Shown piece by piece: positions 33,909 to 43,074 of a DNA stretch of 45,835 nucleotides; position 1 is the stretch's first letter; each line of letters starts with the position of its first letter. A program made the translations under genes and the position numbers. This DNA is from a virus. Its lineage: Duplodnaviria > Caudoviricetes. A model generated the notes under the pieces. The model saw only the letters and a program-made list of their open reading frames with translations, did no database searches and was not told the DNA's origin. The DNA lies in IMG/VR virus record IMGVR_UViG_3300048854_000053, positions 1 through 45,835 of that record; one strand, 5' to 3'.

Positions 33909-35174
33909 CTCGGCTGTTCCGGTGGCGTTCTTGTCGCCACGGTGAGCGATTCGAAGCTTCGCCACGGTCTGAGTTTTTTCGAGCGTGGTGCGGTTATATC
34001 TGGCCGTCGTCGCGATATTTTTGTGGTTCGCGTGGTGGCGCAGATGTTCGAGGTTCGCCCCTGCGTCCGATCCTTCAGTCACGCCGCCGGCTCGGCTGTC
34101 GCGGTTCCACACATGGGCCGGGACGCCAGCTTCTGTTGCGATCTCTCTCCAGAGTTCGGCGAAGTTCCGGTACCGATATGGCAAACCGGTTGTTTCCGAC
34201 TTGATCATCGGGCCAACCCTGTCCCCTGGTGGGATGAGATCGATCATCTCGCGAAGGAACGGATACTGCATCGTATCGTGCGAGGCTTCCTGTTCGGTCT
34301 TGCTGGTGTCCTTCTGCAAGAGACCCTTGCTGTCGAGGAACGACCACAGTAGCCCGTCACGCCAGCGCCTTCCGCGGTCGACGATGCCGCCGGCAAGAGG
34401 ATCGTCCGTCTTTTCCCATCGACCGATGACATCGATCTGCCGAAGCGTGAGTTCGAATTCGAAGGCCTGGGCGAGCGCGACCGAGATCCTGCCCTTCTTG
34501 ATGGCAAGACGGCAAATAGCCTGCGCCTGCTCGAAGGTGATCGCCTCGGAACGCCCGCGCGGCGAATGGAATTCCATCTCTTCCAGAACCATCTTGAGGC
34601 GAAAGCACTCCTTGATGTCGGAAACGACGCCGAAGCCGATGATGATCCTGAGCAGCTGCATCGCCTTGTAGGCGCGGCGGATGCGTTCGGGGTTCGGTGG
34701 TAGCGGCGTTCCTGTTGCTGTGGCCTCAGCCCTCGCCTTGGCTTTCTTCTCGGTGTCCTCCGCCGGCTTTTTCAGATTATTGTACCAGCGCTTGAAGTCG
34801 AGGCCGGTCAACTTTTCGAGGCGCCGATCGCCGACAGTGGTCTCGAGCAGTTTCAGGCTCTCGTCGTACATCGCCCGCGTGTTGCTCTTGACCTCGTGGT
34901 AAGGGCTTTCCGCCGTCCGCTGGTAGACCTTGATCAGCGACTTGACCGTGCCGTCATAAATCGGCTTTTCGCCAAGCCCCTTATTGGACAGCCATTCTTT
35001 CAGCTCGGAGGTGAGAACGTTGCACCTTGCCGCAATCTCGTCGTCGGTACCGTGAACACGCACGGTCTTGAGGGGATACCCCTCGGCATGCCTGGAAACC
35101 GCACTCGCCACCCAATAGTGGGCGACCGTGCCGTTATCCCTTGGTCTCGATTTGAGGCCGGGAGCTTTTACCAT
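33906..35174 (-). CDS. int: Tyrosine integrase
   Basis: LRQIDV (R), NRDSR, ANHKN, TARY catalytic pattern; ends at attP. Confidence 0.9.
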   Translation of the reverse strand: MVKAPGLKSRPRDNGTVAHYWVASAVSRHAEGYPLKTVRVHGTDDEIAARCNVLTSELKEWLSNKGLGEKPIYDGTVKSLIKVYQRTAESPYHEVKSNTRAMYDESLKLLETTVGDRRLEKLTGLDFKRWYNNLKKPAEDTEKKAKARAEATATGTPLPPNPERIRRAYKAMQLLRIIIGFGVVSDIKECFRLKMVLEEMEFHSPRGRSEAITFEQAQAICRLAIKKGRISVALAQAFEFELTLRQIDVIGRWEKTDDPLAGGIVDRGRRWRDGLLWSFLDSKGLLQKDTSKTEQEASHDTMQYPFLREMIDLIPPGDRVGPMIKSETTGLPYRYRNFAELWREIATEAGVPAHVWNRDSRAGGVTEGSDAGANLEHLRHHANHKNIATTARYNRTTLEKTQTVAKLRIAHRGDKNATGTAE

Positions 35175-35410
35175 TTTTCTTCTCCGTCAAGGGCTGGATT
35201 ACCCTGAGGCGATTGTGACGCGAGTCCGTACCTGCGATCAAGGAACGCTTTACAGGCCGGCCAATACCTTCGACCGTCGAAAAGCGGATCAGGGATGGGA
35301 AAACCGGACTTCGTCAGCGCGGGCACGGCGGTCTTGAGCAATTCCGTCGACACGCCCATTCGCTCAGCAAGCTGCGCCTCGGTGATGAAGAGGGAACCAG
35401 CTTTTGTCAT
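35168..35410 (-). CDS. xis: Excisionase-like winged HTH
   Basis: ITEAQLAERMGV..GFPIPDPLFDGRRYWPA, overlapping int start. Confidence 0.75.
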   Translation of the reverse strand: MTKAGSLFITEAQLAERMGVSTELLKTAVPALTKSGFPIPDPLFDGRRYWPACKAFLDRRYGLASQSPQGNPALDGEEKW

Positions 35411-35499
35411 CGCAACAGCGCTCCGAGCATCCAATAAACGAGTGAGAAGAAGCCGAGCGCAATGATCAGGCCGATTATGTAGACGAGGCGGTCGGTCAT
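35407..35499 (-). CDS. 30-aa TM peptide
   Basis: MTDRLVYIIGLIIALGFFSLVYWMLGALLR; GGAGG RBS; coupled both sides. Confidence 0.55.
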   Translation of the reverse strand: MTDRLVYIIGLIIALGFFSLVYWMLGALLR

Positions 35500-35741
35500 T
35501 ATTCCCCACCTCCCGTATCCTTGGCGATGGCGCGGATGGCCGAGGCGATGGCACGGGCACCCCTCTTCTCCAGCAGCGCTGGCAGATCGCGAGATGTGAA
35601 CCAAAGTGCCGTTTCCGACCCGTCCGCATGCTGGAACGACAGGAACCATTTGGATGAGCCTATCCGCTCAAGATGGGCGCCGGCCGTGGAAACGATCTCG
35701 TCCAGCTTTCCGTTTTCGAATGCGCAGCGGTCTTCTGTCAT
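35499..35741 (-). CDS. Hypothetical protein
   Basis: Coupled early-left gene. Confidence 0.7.
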   Translation of the reverse strand: MTEDRCAFENGKLDEIVSTAGAHLERIGSSKWFLSFQHADGSETALWFTSRDLPALLEKRGARAIASAIRAIAKDTGGGE

Positions 35742-36106
35742 CCTCTCGGCTCCTCTGCTTTGAGGGCGCGGATGGCCTCGTCTATTTCAGCATCGGTCGC
35801 TCGGTTGGAGCGGTCAATGGCGGCGCGGTACGCTTCCCGTGCCTCATTCCGGATGCGCTCGTTCTCTTCACGCAAGCGGGAGATTTCGGAAACGACCTCC
35901 CGCAGATCCGCAGCATGCTGGGCGTCTCGCTCGGCACCTTTCTTGTGATCCACAGCCATCCGGACGGCATAGGTGTTCCACCGGCCGCTTCGTTGATCGA
36001 AGGCTCGATAGTGCTCGCCAAGGGCCTCGAAGACCGCCATGCTATTTTCAGCGCAGGCTTGGTCATCTTCCGAGCGCTTTAGGAGCCGGTCAACGAGATC
36101 AGCCAT
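35738..36106 (-). CDS. Hypothetical coiled-coil protein
   Basis: GGAGG RBS, coupling. Confidence 0.7.
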   Translation of the reverse strand: MADLVDRLLKRSEDDQACAENSMAVFEALGEHYRAFDQRSGRWNTYAVRMAVDHKKGAERDAQHAADLREVVSEISRLREENERIRNEAREAYRAAIDRSNRATDAEIDEAIRALKAEEPRG

Positions 36107-36383
36107 TGTCCCGGCCCTCCGATAGAGCGGCGCGATCTCGCTCGGCTTGTTTGTAGCCGTTCTCCCAAGCGTTCATCCAGACAGCTTCCATTATGGCGGA
36201 AACGCCCCAAACCTTGGCTTGGGATCGAAGATCCTCAGGCATTTCACGATAAGCAATAGCGTGAAAGGCTTGTGCCTTGGCAATTTCCTCGTCTCGCCGG
36301 CGCTCAAGAGCCAGCTTATCGGATACGTCAGTTCCAAATAGGAATTGCGCCTTGCTTAGGTAGTGGTGGTTGCTGTCACCCAT
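36099..36383 (-). CDS. Hypothetical protein
   Basis: GGAGG RBS before ATG 36383. Confidence 0.7.
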   Translation of the reverse strand: MGDSNHHYLSKAQFLFGTDVSDKLALERRRDEEIAKAQAFHAIAYREMPEDLRSQAKVWGVSAIMEAVWMNAWENGYKQAERDRAALSEGRDNG

Positions 36384-36657
36384 TGTCGCCTCCATATCCT
36401 GCTTCTCTGGCGCGGGTGAGGGCGGGTCGAAGACGATGCTTTCGTTGATCTTGCAAGATCTCCCCCATGGTCCGTTTGCTAGTTTCGTCTATCCGTGGAG
36501 TGGACTCACAACTCGGAACGGATCGATCGGACGGGCTGTTTGTCTGAAGCTCTTCTATGGTTTCAGCCGCATCGCGAAGTAAGCTGGCGTGATCTCGGTA
36601 ACCAAGCTCTTCGGCGAACTCAGCTTTTTCCCGAAGATGCTGCGGCGTAATCCTCAT
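36376..36657 (-). CDS. Hypothetical protein
   Basis: ATGA coupling. Confidence 0.65.
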   Translation of the reverse strand: MRITPQHLREKAEFAEELGYRDHASLLRDAAETIEELQTNSPSDRSVPSCESTPRIDETSKRTMGEILQDQRKHRLRPALTRAREAGYGGDNG

Positions 36658-37349
36658 GCCGCAGCGCCTATCTTCAGGGCTTCTTCGATCCGTCGAGCCG
36701 CCGTCTCGCAGTACCGTTCATCAATCTCGCAACCGACTGCGTTGCGCCCTTCGAGGATCGCTGCGATGAGGGTTGACCCGCTTCCGGCGAATGGGTCGTA
36801 GACAGTCTCACCCATGACGCTGCTGCTCTCGATGAGCTGACGGAGGATATCGACGGGCTTTTCCGTTGGGTGGTGCTTCACACGGCCGCTGTTGGCCCGA
36901 AGGCTCCGGATGACCGAGCCTTTTCGAAGGCGAGCCGATAGAGCGCCATAGCCTTTCTCGCGGTTGGCTTTGCTGATCTCGTAGTTCGCGAAGACAATTT
37001 TCTCGTGCTGCGGCCCCCAAGGGGACGATAGATTACCCATTCCTATCATCTCCTTGTCCCATATCAGCTCCGTTACACCGCAGAGTGGGAGCTTTGAGAG
37101 GTCAAGGCAGCCAGAGAAGATATAGACATGCCTGCCGCGCTTAAGGCCTTTGAGAGCCTGCGCGAGGCGCGCCTCCACGCCGTCAGCATCGTTGTCCCCG
37201 ACAAGAGCGCCCCACTTGCCACCTGACTTGCCGCTGACGAACTCCTGCCCATAAGGCGGGTCGGTTACGATAAGATCGCAGGTTTGAGAAATCTCGCCAC
37301 AATCGCCGTGATAGAGAGTGGCTTCGCCAGATTGAAAATATGGCTTCAT
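36654..37349 (-). CDS. N6-adenine/N4-cytosine DNA methyltransferase, beta class
   Basis: TDPPY..HPTEKP..DPFAGSGST. Confidence 0.92.
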   Translation of the reverse strand: MKPYFQSGEATLYHGDCGEISQTCDLIVTDPPYGQEFVSGKSGGKWGALVGDNDADGVEARLAQALKGLKRGRHVYIFSGCLDLSKLPLCGVTELIWDKEMIGMGNLSSPWGPQHEKIVFANYEISKANREKGYGALSARLRKGSVIRSLRANSGRVKHHPTEKPVDILRQLIESSSVMGETVYDPFAGSGSTLIAAILEGRNAVGCEIDERYCETAARRIEEALKIGAAA

Positions 37350-38110
37350 TCCTGATCCCCTTGTTCTATCCAGCACTGGTCGCAGAGACCTGTGTATTCA
37401 GTGTGGATGGACTGCTCTGCCTCTCCGCAGCTTTCGCACCACATCTTTTCCGGCTCATCGATACCGCTCGGACTTGAAACGGGCGCCTCAGCCTTCACCA
37501 GATCGCGGATAAGCTCGCCTTCCTTGCCGGCGGCTGGGCGGTCGGCAATGCGGTCCAACAGCTTCTGAACCATGGGCGGGTTGACCTCGACTGCCTCACA
37601 TTCGCCAGTCTCGTCATTGTGACGATCAGCGAACGCTAGCGGGAGGTCGGAGTCCACGGTGAGGGCGGAACGGATAATGGCGCAAACGTGGGTACAGTTC
37701 ATCGCGCCGGACGCTCGCCATTCTTTGTCGACAGCAGTTGCCGCCGCCTCCAAAGCCACCCGCACCGCATCACCGCTTCCCGCCCGCTCGGATTGGAGGG
37801 CTGACCGCCGCTCGATCATCTCCGCGAACAGAATGAACGTATTGCGCCCGTCTGAGGCCTCAGGATAGTGCGAGGCGTGGCGCCGTGCCTCTTGGGAGAG
37901 GAAATCGCGCTCCGCATGCACATCGAGCGCTAGCCTTGCTGACCGCTCCAGCATCTCCAAACGTGCTTGCAGCCTCTCTATTTCTTCGTCTCGTGCTGGC
38001 GCTGGGGGAGCGGAGAGGGAGGCGCGCTTTGCTAAATATTCTGCGCGGTTCTCGGTTTGGACCATCCCGATTTTCTTGTACTTCTTGGGGTCGTTCTTGA
38101 TCTTAGTCAT
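37346..38110 (-). CDS. Hypothetical mosaic early protein
   Basis: Long coupled ORF with C-terminal CxxC..CxxC. Confidence 0.7.
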   Translation of the reverse strand: MTKIKNDPKKYKKIGMVQTENRAEYLAKRASLSAPPAPARDEEIERLQARLEMLERSARLALDVHAERDFLSQEARRHASHYPEASDGRNTFILFAEMIERRSALQSERAGSGDAVRVALEAAATAVDKEWRASGAMNCTHVCAIIRSALTVDSDLPLAFADRHNDETGECEAVEVNPPMVQKLLDRIADRPAAGKEGELIRDLVKAEAPVSSPSGIDEPEKMWCESCGEAEQSIHTEYTGLCDQCWIEQGDQE

Positions 38111-38924
38111 GATTGCGGCTCCTCATCGGGTGTGGGAGTGGTGGGGGACAGGCGGGCGTGGGAGTCTCGTCGCAATCTCGGCATATCGAATGCCGGCCTT
38201 CCTTGCCTGTGTCGTTACAAGTTTGGCAGACGGGGCTTGCCTCAGCAGCGGTGGCTGATAGGACATCACGCGCATTCCGGCGTGCGGCATCCAGATCGAG
38301 CAGTGCTTGTGTTTGGCCGCCGTCTATCATGGCCGTATAGATTTCGTGGGTGCGGGTGGATGCGAGATATTCGAAGCAGTTCTCCATGCGAGCTAATGCC
38401 TCGCGTAACAGCCCCGTTCTCGCTGAAGGCGTTTCATCTGGTGCAAAGATTGGAAACAGACGGACTCCATCGACCTTGGAATGCGGGTACATCACATCGT
38501 AAGGGTAGCTCTCAGGAAGTTCGTCTTCGTTGATCCATCCAGCTATGTGGATGCCCCCCAAATGCGATAAGGGCGCTACCACCTCCACCTCCGCATTATC
38601 GCCGGCCTTGGGCTGGACGGCCTCGGAGAGGTGATGCGTCAGGCATTCGACCGTGTAGGCGAAATCATCGACGTTGTGGATATTGTTAGCCAACGTCTCA
38701 ATCTGCGTTTTGTTTAACGGCTTCACCTTCGCCCCAGCCATGACGGGGGCGGTGGCTTCGAGGTAGGCGCGAACGATCGTTTCAACGTCCTCGGCTTCGA
38801 TGCACTCATCGTACGGTATGCCATGCCGCTCGCACATGGTAGCCAATACGGCCTGCACTGCCGCCCTATGCCGCTCAATCTTTTCGTCTCGTGCAGCTTC
38901 CACGCCGCGCAGTTCGTTTGTCAT
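38103..38924 (-). CDS. Hypothetical mosaic early protein
   Basis: GGAGGG RBS; C-terminal CQTCNDTG..CRDC. Confidence 0.7.
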   Translation of the reverse strand: MTNELRGVEAARDEKIERHRAAVQAVLATMCERHGIPYDECIEAEDVETIVRAYLEATAPVMAGAKVKPLNKTQIETLANNIHNVDDFAYTVECLTHHLSEAVQPKAGDNAEVEVVAPLSHLGGIHIAGWINEDELPESYPYDVMYPHSKVDGVRLFPIFAPDETPSARTGLLREALARMENCFEYLASTRTHEIYTAMIDGGQTQALLDLDAARRNARDVLSATAAEASPVCQTCNDTGKEGRHSICRDCDETPTPACPPPLPHPMRSRNHD

Positions 38925-39193
38925 GACCAGCCCTCCACCGTTGCGATAAGGTCGTCAGCTTCGGCATACAGAGCCTCATCGCAACGTTCTCGGGCGAAGT
39001 CCCTGACCTTCTCCACAAAGTCCAGAAGATTTGGGGCTGCGGAAAAGAGCATGGCCTTTTCTAACCGGCTGTCGGCAGGGCCACCAACGGTGGCGATGAT
39101 CGCTCCGTGCTCTTCAGTGACGAACACGCCATCTTCTTCGTCCGTGCGTGCGATAAGACGTGCTGCAGTATGCTTTGCCTGTTCGTTTCTCAT
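38921..39193 (-). CDS. Hypothetical protein
   Basis: AGGAG RBS; LFSAAPNLL motif common in phage early proteins. Confidence 0.75.
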   Translation of the reverse strand: MRNEQAKHTAARLIARTDEEDGVFVTEEHGAIIATVGGPADSRLEKAMLFSAAPNLLDFVEKVRDFARERCDEALYAEADDLIATVEGWS

Positions 39194-39489
39194 TTTGTGG
39201 GCTCCTGGCTACGAGTTGGGGGAATGGGGGTGGACGCGGCGCGGAGCTTGAAAAAATCGTCCGCAGCGACCGTTGCGTTGCCGAGGCAAGAGGCGAGCGT
39301 CATGATATTCTGGTTTGCCGTCTTGCCAGAGTAGACCGCCGTAAGGTGCGCAGCCGCCGTCAGCAGCATCATGACGCCTTCTGCCGGGTCTTGGCCGGTC
39401 TTCTGACAGATCGACTTTGTCACGGCCTCGATTGCAAGGATGCAGTCGCGAGGGTCGGCGCTGATCTTTCCCTTGATCTCAATCTGCAT
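39190..39489 (-). CDS. Hypothetical protein
   Basis: GGAGGG RBS before ATG 39489. Confidence 0.7.
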   Translation of the reverse strand: MQIEIKGKISADPRDCILAIEAVTKSICQKTGQDPAEGVMMLLTAAAHLTAVYSGKTANQNIMTLASCLGNATVAADDFFKLRAASTPIPPTRSQEPTK

Positions 39490-39976
39490 CGGTCGAGCCC
39501 TCCAAGCTTGCGGAGAGGGCGGCGCGGGCACGGCGGATTGCAGCGCGCGGCGGCTCGCGATCTGTTGGGGCAGCATCCCAAAAATCCCAACCGTCCATGA
39601 TGTCGGACAGTTTCGAAAGAAGATCGTCGCGCTCTAATTTAAGCGATAGCGCTACGGCCTTCTCCATGTCCCGGTCAGACTCAGCTTCTCGACGCAACCG
39701 CCATTGCTCGGCTCGATCGCGCTCCAGCCCTTCGTTTTCCTCGACAAGGGAGGCGTGGGCAGCGTCGGAGGCACGACGGTTCCAGTTCTCCGTCATTTTC
39801 CCTGTCAGCCATTCCAGCGTGAAGCGGATACCACCCTTCTGGACGTACTTTGGTCCGCATCCGAGAAGTCCCGATGGCTGCACCCCGACACATCTGAGTG
39901 TTAATTCGTTGGGGCCGGTTTGTTTAAAAGCTGCTTCGCCGCCGCAAAACGGGCACGGCTTAAGTTCGGTTTCCAC
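39479..39976 (-). CDS. Lar family restriction alleviation-like protein
   Basis: ELKPCPFCGGEA..WNRRA; GTG start. Confidence 0.75.
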   Translation of the reverse strand: METELKPCPFCGGEAAFKQTGPNELTLRCVGVQPSGLLGCGPKYVQKGGIRFTLEWLTGKMTENWNRRASDAAHASLVEENEGLERDRAEQWRLRREAESDRDMEKAVALSLKLERDDLLSKLSDIMDGWDFWDAAPTDREPPRAAIRRARAALSASLEGSTDAD

Positions 39977-40638
39977 TATTCCGCCCTCTCTTCGATTAGG
40001 GGTAGGGTTGGGGTGGGGGAGAGAGCGCCCCACTGTTCGGCCATCGCCTGAGCTATGCCGTGATAGGTGCGGCTACGATTCTTCCACCGGTCAGGTCCGG
40101 GGCTTTCGTGGTGGACCTTGGCGCGCTCGCCGTATTCCAGTTTCATCATGTCTTCGTAGACATTGTTGCTGGATGCGAGTGGCGGCAGGTTCTTGAGCCA
40201 CAGGCATGTGCGCTTCACCTCTGGGTGACCAAACTGCCACGGCTGAATTGACTGGGTAAAGTCCGCGCCGATTATACCCGCCGCGTAGCCGAGCATTACC
40301 GGGTTCTCGATCGCTATACGCGGTATGTTGGCGCTCCAGAGCATCTTGAAGAACGCCGCGCCTTCCTCCATGCTCTTCCAACGATCTTCGTTGCGGCCGT
40401 TTTCTTTTTTCATGCCGAGATAGAGATGCTTGGCACCGCTGTTCGCCATGAAGGTGCAGGGCGGATGGCCTATCATCAAATCCCACTTGAGGTGCAAGAC
40501 CGACTGGACTGGTCCTTCTATATGGAACTCTGGATCGGCTTCGGTCGGTAGGATATCGCAGGACCAGGCACTGTGCCCTTGGGCACGGAAGGCATCGCGA
40601 ACACGGCCGGAGTATTCGCAGGCGACAAGAACTCTCAT
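39976..40638 (-). CDS. C5-cytosine methyltransferase-like protein
   Basis: MRVLVACEYSGRVRDAF, HPPCT, IENP motifs. Confidence 0.8.
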   Translation of the reverse strand: MRVLVACEYSGRVRDAFRAQGHSAWSCDILPTEADPEFHIEGPVQSVLHLKWDLMIGHPPCTFMANSGAKHLYLGMKKENGRNEDRWKSMEEGAAFFKMLWSANIPRIAIENPVMLGYAAGIIGADFTQSIQPWQFGHPEVKRTCLWLKNLPPLASSNNVYEDMMKLEYGERAKVHHESPGPDRWKNRSRTYHGIAQAMAEQWGALSPTPTLPLIEERAE

Positions 40639-41051
40639 CCCTCTGTCCTCTCCCGCAGCTTGCCGGCCATGGAAAGGCCCTGGTTGATGTCGGGTTCTGT
40701 TGGAGTGGAGGGGGAAGGGACACGAGCGGCAAGCATCGCGTCAGCCATGATGTAGCGATAGCGAGCCTGCGCCTCTGCCCAGAACTTAATGTTCTCGATG
40801 ATGGCTTCGGGGCTAAGCTTTCCCAAGGTGACAGATTTATGCGGCTGCTCCCTGCCAGTGATGGCCTCGGCATATTCAACAGCCAGATCATCCGGCTCTT
40901 CCGTATTGGCGGCAAACCAATCGCGCAGGGTAGCCCCCATGGCCCGTTGCGTATGCGGGCCGGTTTGCTCGGGGTGCATTTCCCCATCGTGATTGATGTA
41001 AACCTCAACCGGGAAAGCTGGACCGCCGTCGTTAATTTTCGTCTCGCTCAT
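40635..41051 (-). CDS. Conserved phage protein (DGGPAFP..TLRDWFA..ADAML)
   Basis: Motifs; paralogue of 44578-44847. Confidence 0.75.
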   Translation of the reverse strand: MSETKINDGGPAFPVEVYINHDGEMHPEQTGPHTQRAMGATLRDWFAANTEEPDDLAVEYAEAITGREQPHKSVTLGKLSPEAIIENIKFWAEAQARYRYIMADAMLAARVPSPSTPTEPDINQGLSMAGKLRERTEG

Positions 41052-41093
41052 GTTTATCTATCCCTCGTAGGAAGAGAGGCGGGGGTGGCTGGA

Positions 41094-42212
41094 TCATTCG
41101 CCATCGATGAGGCCGCCGACATAGGTGTTGGTCGCGTCGGCATCGACGACACCCTTCAGCCGGTCGTTGTGGGCGCGCAGGATCTTGCGGGCTGTGTCCA
41201 TATCGTCCGGACCGAGCCGCGATTTAAAATCCTCGTGCGCTATCTTCAGGTCATCGAGTGTGATCTCGCCCGAAAGCTTGGCGTGATATTCCGTCAGCAG
41301 CTCGGCGTTATGAACGGGGGCCGGCTGTTCGGCGGAATCGCCAGCCCCCTTCACTTCCTGCCCTTTGGCGGTGGCAGGGGGGTGGGACGTTTCGCCTCGT
41401 GCCCAGGCTCTTAGCCGTTTGCCGGTCTCAAACGAGACTTGTCTGCCGGGCTGGAAGAACTGAGCATAGGGATCGTTGAGCTTGCCATAGAACTTATCGC
41501 CCTGCATCAACGGCACGCCCTTCGCGTCCGGCGTGACCATGAACGAGATCGTCATGTCGTAGAGCATGTTCTGCTCGCAGATCGGTTGCCAGCCGATATT
41601 CTGCACCGTCATGCGCTTGCGGCCCTTGTCGTCTTCAACCTCGATCGGTTTCGTCACCTCGCGGGCACGGAAGCAGAAGATGACGTGGGCGCGCACCTGG
41701 CGCAGGTTCTTCATCAGGTGCGTCTTGTGCTCGGCCTTCGGGACGCCCCATGCCGGGAAGTTGAATTTATGCAACTCCCAATCCTGCAGGCTGTCGTAGG
41801 GCTTCTTGGCGAGGCGGGCCATTTCGGCGATGTGCATGTCATGGAGACCGCCGACGCCTTCCCACTCGTCAGATGTGGAGTCGACCACAACGACCTTGGC
41901 GCCGATCTTAATAGCCTCCTCGATCGCGCCCCAGATTGCGCGCGGGGTGAATGGCGGCTTCATATCCATGTATTTCACGCGGAACAGAAACTCCTTGCGA
42001 AGCTCCTCTTTCGTGCGCTTATCGCTCGGGGTCGGGAAGTAGTGCCGCGCCCGGCCGCCCTCGGTATCGATGAAGGCGACATCACCATCGTCGCCAGCAA
42101 GCCCCTGGGCGAGGAGGAGCGCCGTCACGGTCTTTCCAGATCCGGAAGCGCCGGCAACCCCGAGGATAAGGGACGTGTCGTCTCGCACGCCGTCTGTGAA
42201 AATGCCGCTCAT
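41094..42212 (-). CDS. AAA/P-loop ATPase (Sak4-like recombination protein)
   Basis: GASGSGKT, FIDTE, VVVVDS; linked to RecE-like gene. Confidence 0.85.
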   Translation of the reverse strand: MSGIFTDGVRDDTSLILGVAGASGSGKTVTALLLAQGLAGDDGDVAFIDTEGGRARHYFPTPSDKRTKEELRKEFLFRVKYMDMKPPFTPRAIWGAIEEAIKIGAKVVVVDSTSDEWEGVGGLHDMHIAEMARLAKKPYDSLQDWELHKFNFPAWGVPKAEHKTHLMKNLRQVRAHVIFCFRAREVTKPIEVEDDKGRKRMTVQNIGWQPICEQNMLYDMTISFMVTPDAKGVPLMQGDKFYGKLNDPYAQFFQPGRQVSFETGKRLRAWARGETSHPPATAKGQEVKGAGDSAEQPAPVHNAELLTEYHAKLSGEITLDDLKIAHEDFKSRLGPDDMDTARKILRAHNDRLKGVVDADATNTYVGGLIDGE

Positions 42213-42769
42213 GCTGACCTGCCGTGGTTTGGATGAAAGCCATGAAGCTTTTCCGCCGATTTGCGCGCGGCAATTGCTTCATCGAGATTTGTGAAATGAC
42301 CGAGGCGATAGATTTTCCCCTCGGAACGGATCGTTGCCCGGTATTTCCCGGTGGGCAACTTATCGACGCCTGTGCACCCGGTCCGGTTACGCTTCTGCCG
42401 GCTGAGATTCTTCACGTTCTCGGCTTGGGTGACTTCTCGCAGGTTGCCGATACCGTCACCCTTCACGACACCATGCTCGTGATCTACCTCAACGGGCATA
42501 TATCCGTGGACTGCGAGCCATATCAGTCGGTGGCGAAGGTGAAGGCGCCCGTCAATCTGGACTTCGCGATATCCGCGTTTGTTGGTTGACCCGGACTCCT
42601 TGCCGGCAAAACGCGTGTTCCATGAATCGCAGGCCCGCTGAGACGGGAACATCTCAACTGGCCGGTGCTTCCAAGTAAGGATGCCTGCTTCGGTATCAAC
42701 CTTGCAAAGCTGAAACAGGAGTTCCTGAAGGCTGGTGTCGTCGCGCACGGCGTCGGTGACGGTGTTCAT
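42209..42769 (-). CDS. HNH homing endonuclease with AP2-like domain
   Basis: HRLIWL..EVDHEHG..NLREVTQAEN; GCTGV..YRATI..LGHF..AIAARK. Confidence 0.9.
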   Translation of the reverse strand: MNTVTDAVRDDTSLQELLFQLCKVDTEAGILTWKHRPVEMFPSQRACDSWNTRFAGKESGSTNKRGYREVQIDGRLHLRHRLIWLAVHGYMPVEVDHEHGVVKGDGIGNLREVTQAENVKNLSRQKRNRTGCTGVDKLPTGKYRATIRSEGKIYRLGHFTNLDEAIAARKSAEKLHGFHPNHGRSA

Positions 42770-43074
42770 AGTGCGCCACCTTTCAAGGCCGGGTTAGGCT
42801 CAGTCGGACTCCATCGGCCGTACTTCTCCATTTTCGCCATGGAAAGCCTTCGTCCCACGCATTTTTCGGAGCCGACATATTCCATGCGGCCAAAGTGGTT
42901 GAATTCGTTGGCGGTGACGTAGCCTCCCGATATCAATTCATCGATCGCGACCTTCCCTCTGTTGGTTAGGACGCTTTTTGCGCCTTCCCCGCCGACGCGA
43001 ACCGTGGTTTTGGGCCCAAAGCTGAACCACGCGGAGAGAAGCACTTGGGCATCTATGGATAGTGTGTCGGCCAT
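42766..43074 (-). CDS. Hypothetical protein
   Basis: TAATG/ATGA coupling. Confidence 0.7.
   Translation of the reverse strand: MADTLSIDAQVLLSAWFSFGPKTTVRVGGEGAKSVLTNRGKVAIDELISGGYVTANEFNHFGRMEYVGSEKCVGRRLSMAKMEKYGRWSPTEPNPALKGGAL

Noticed and set aside
33881-33920. LexA box near the integrase end
   Set aside because: GTTC spacings are not a perfect N7; repeats fit integrase arm sites better
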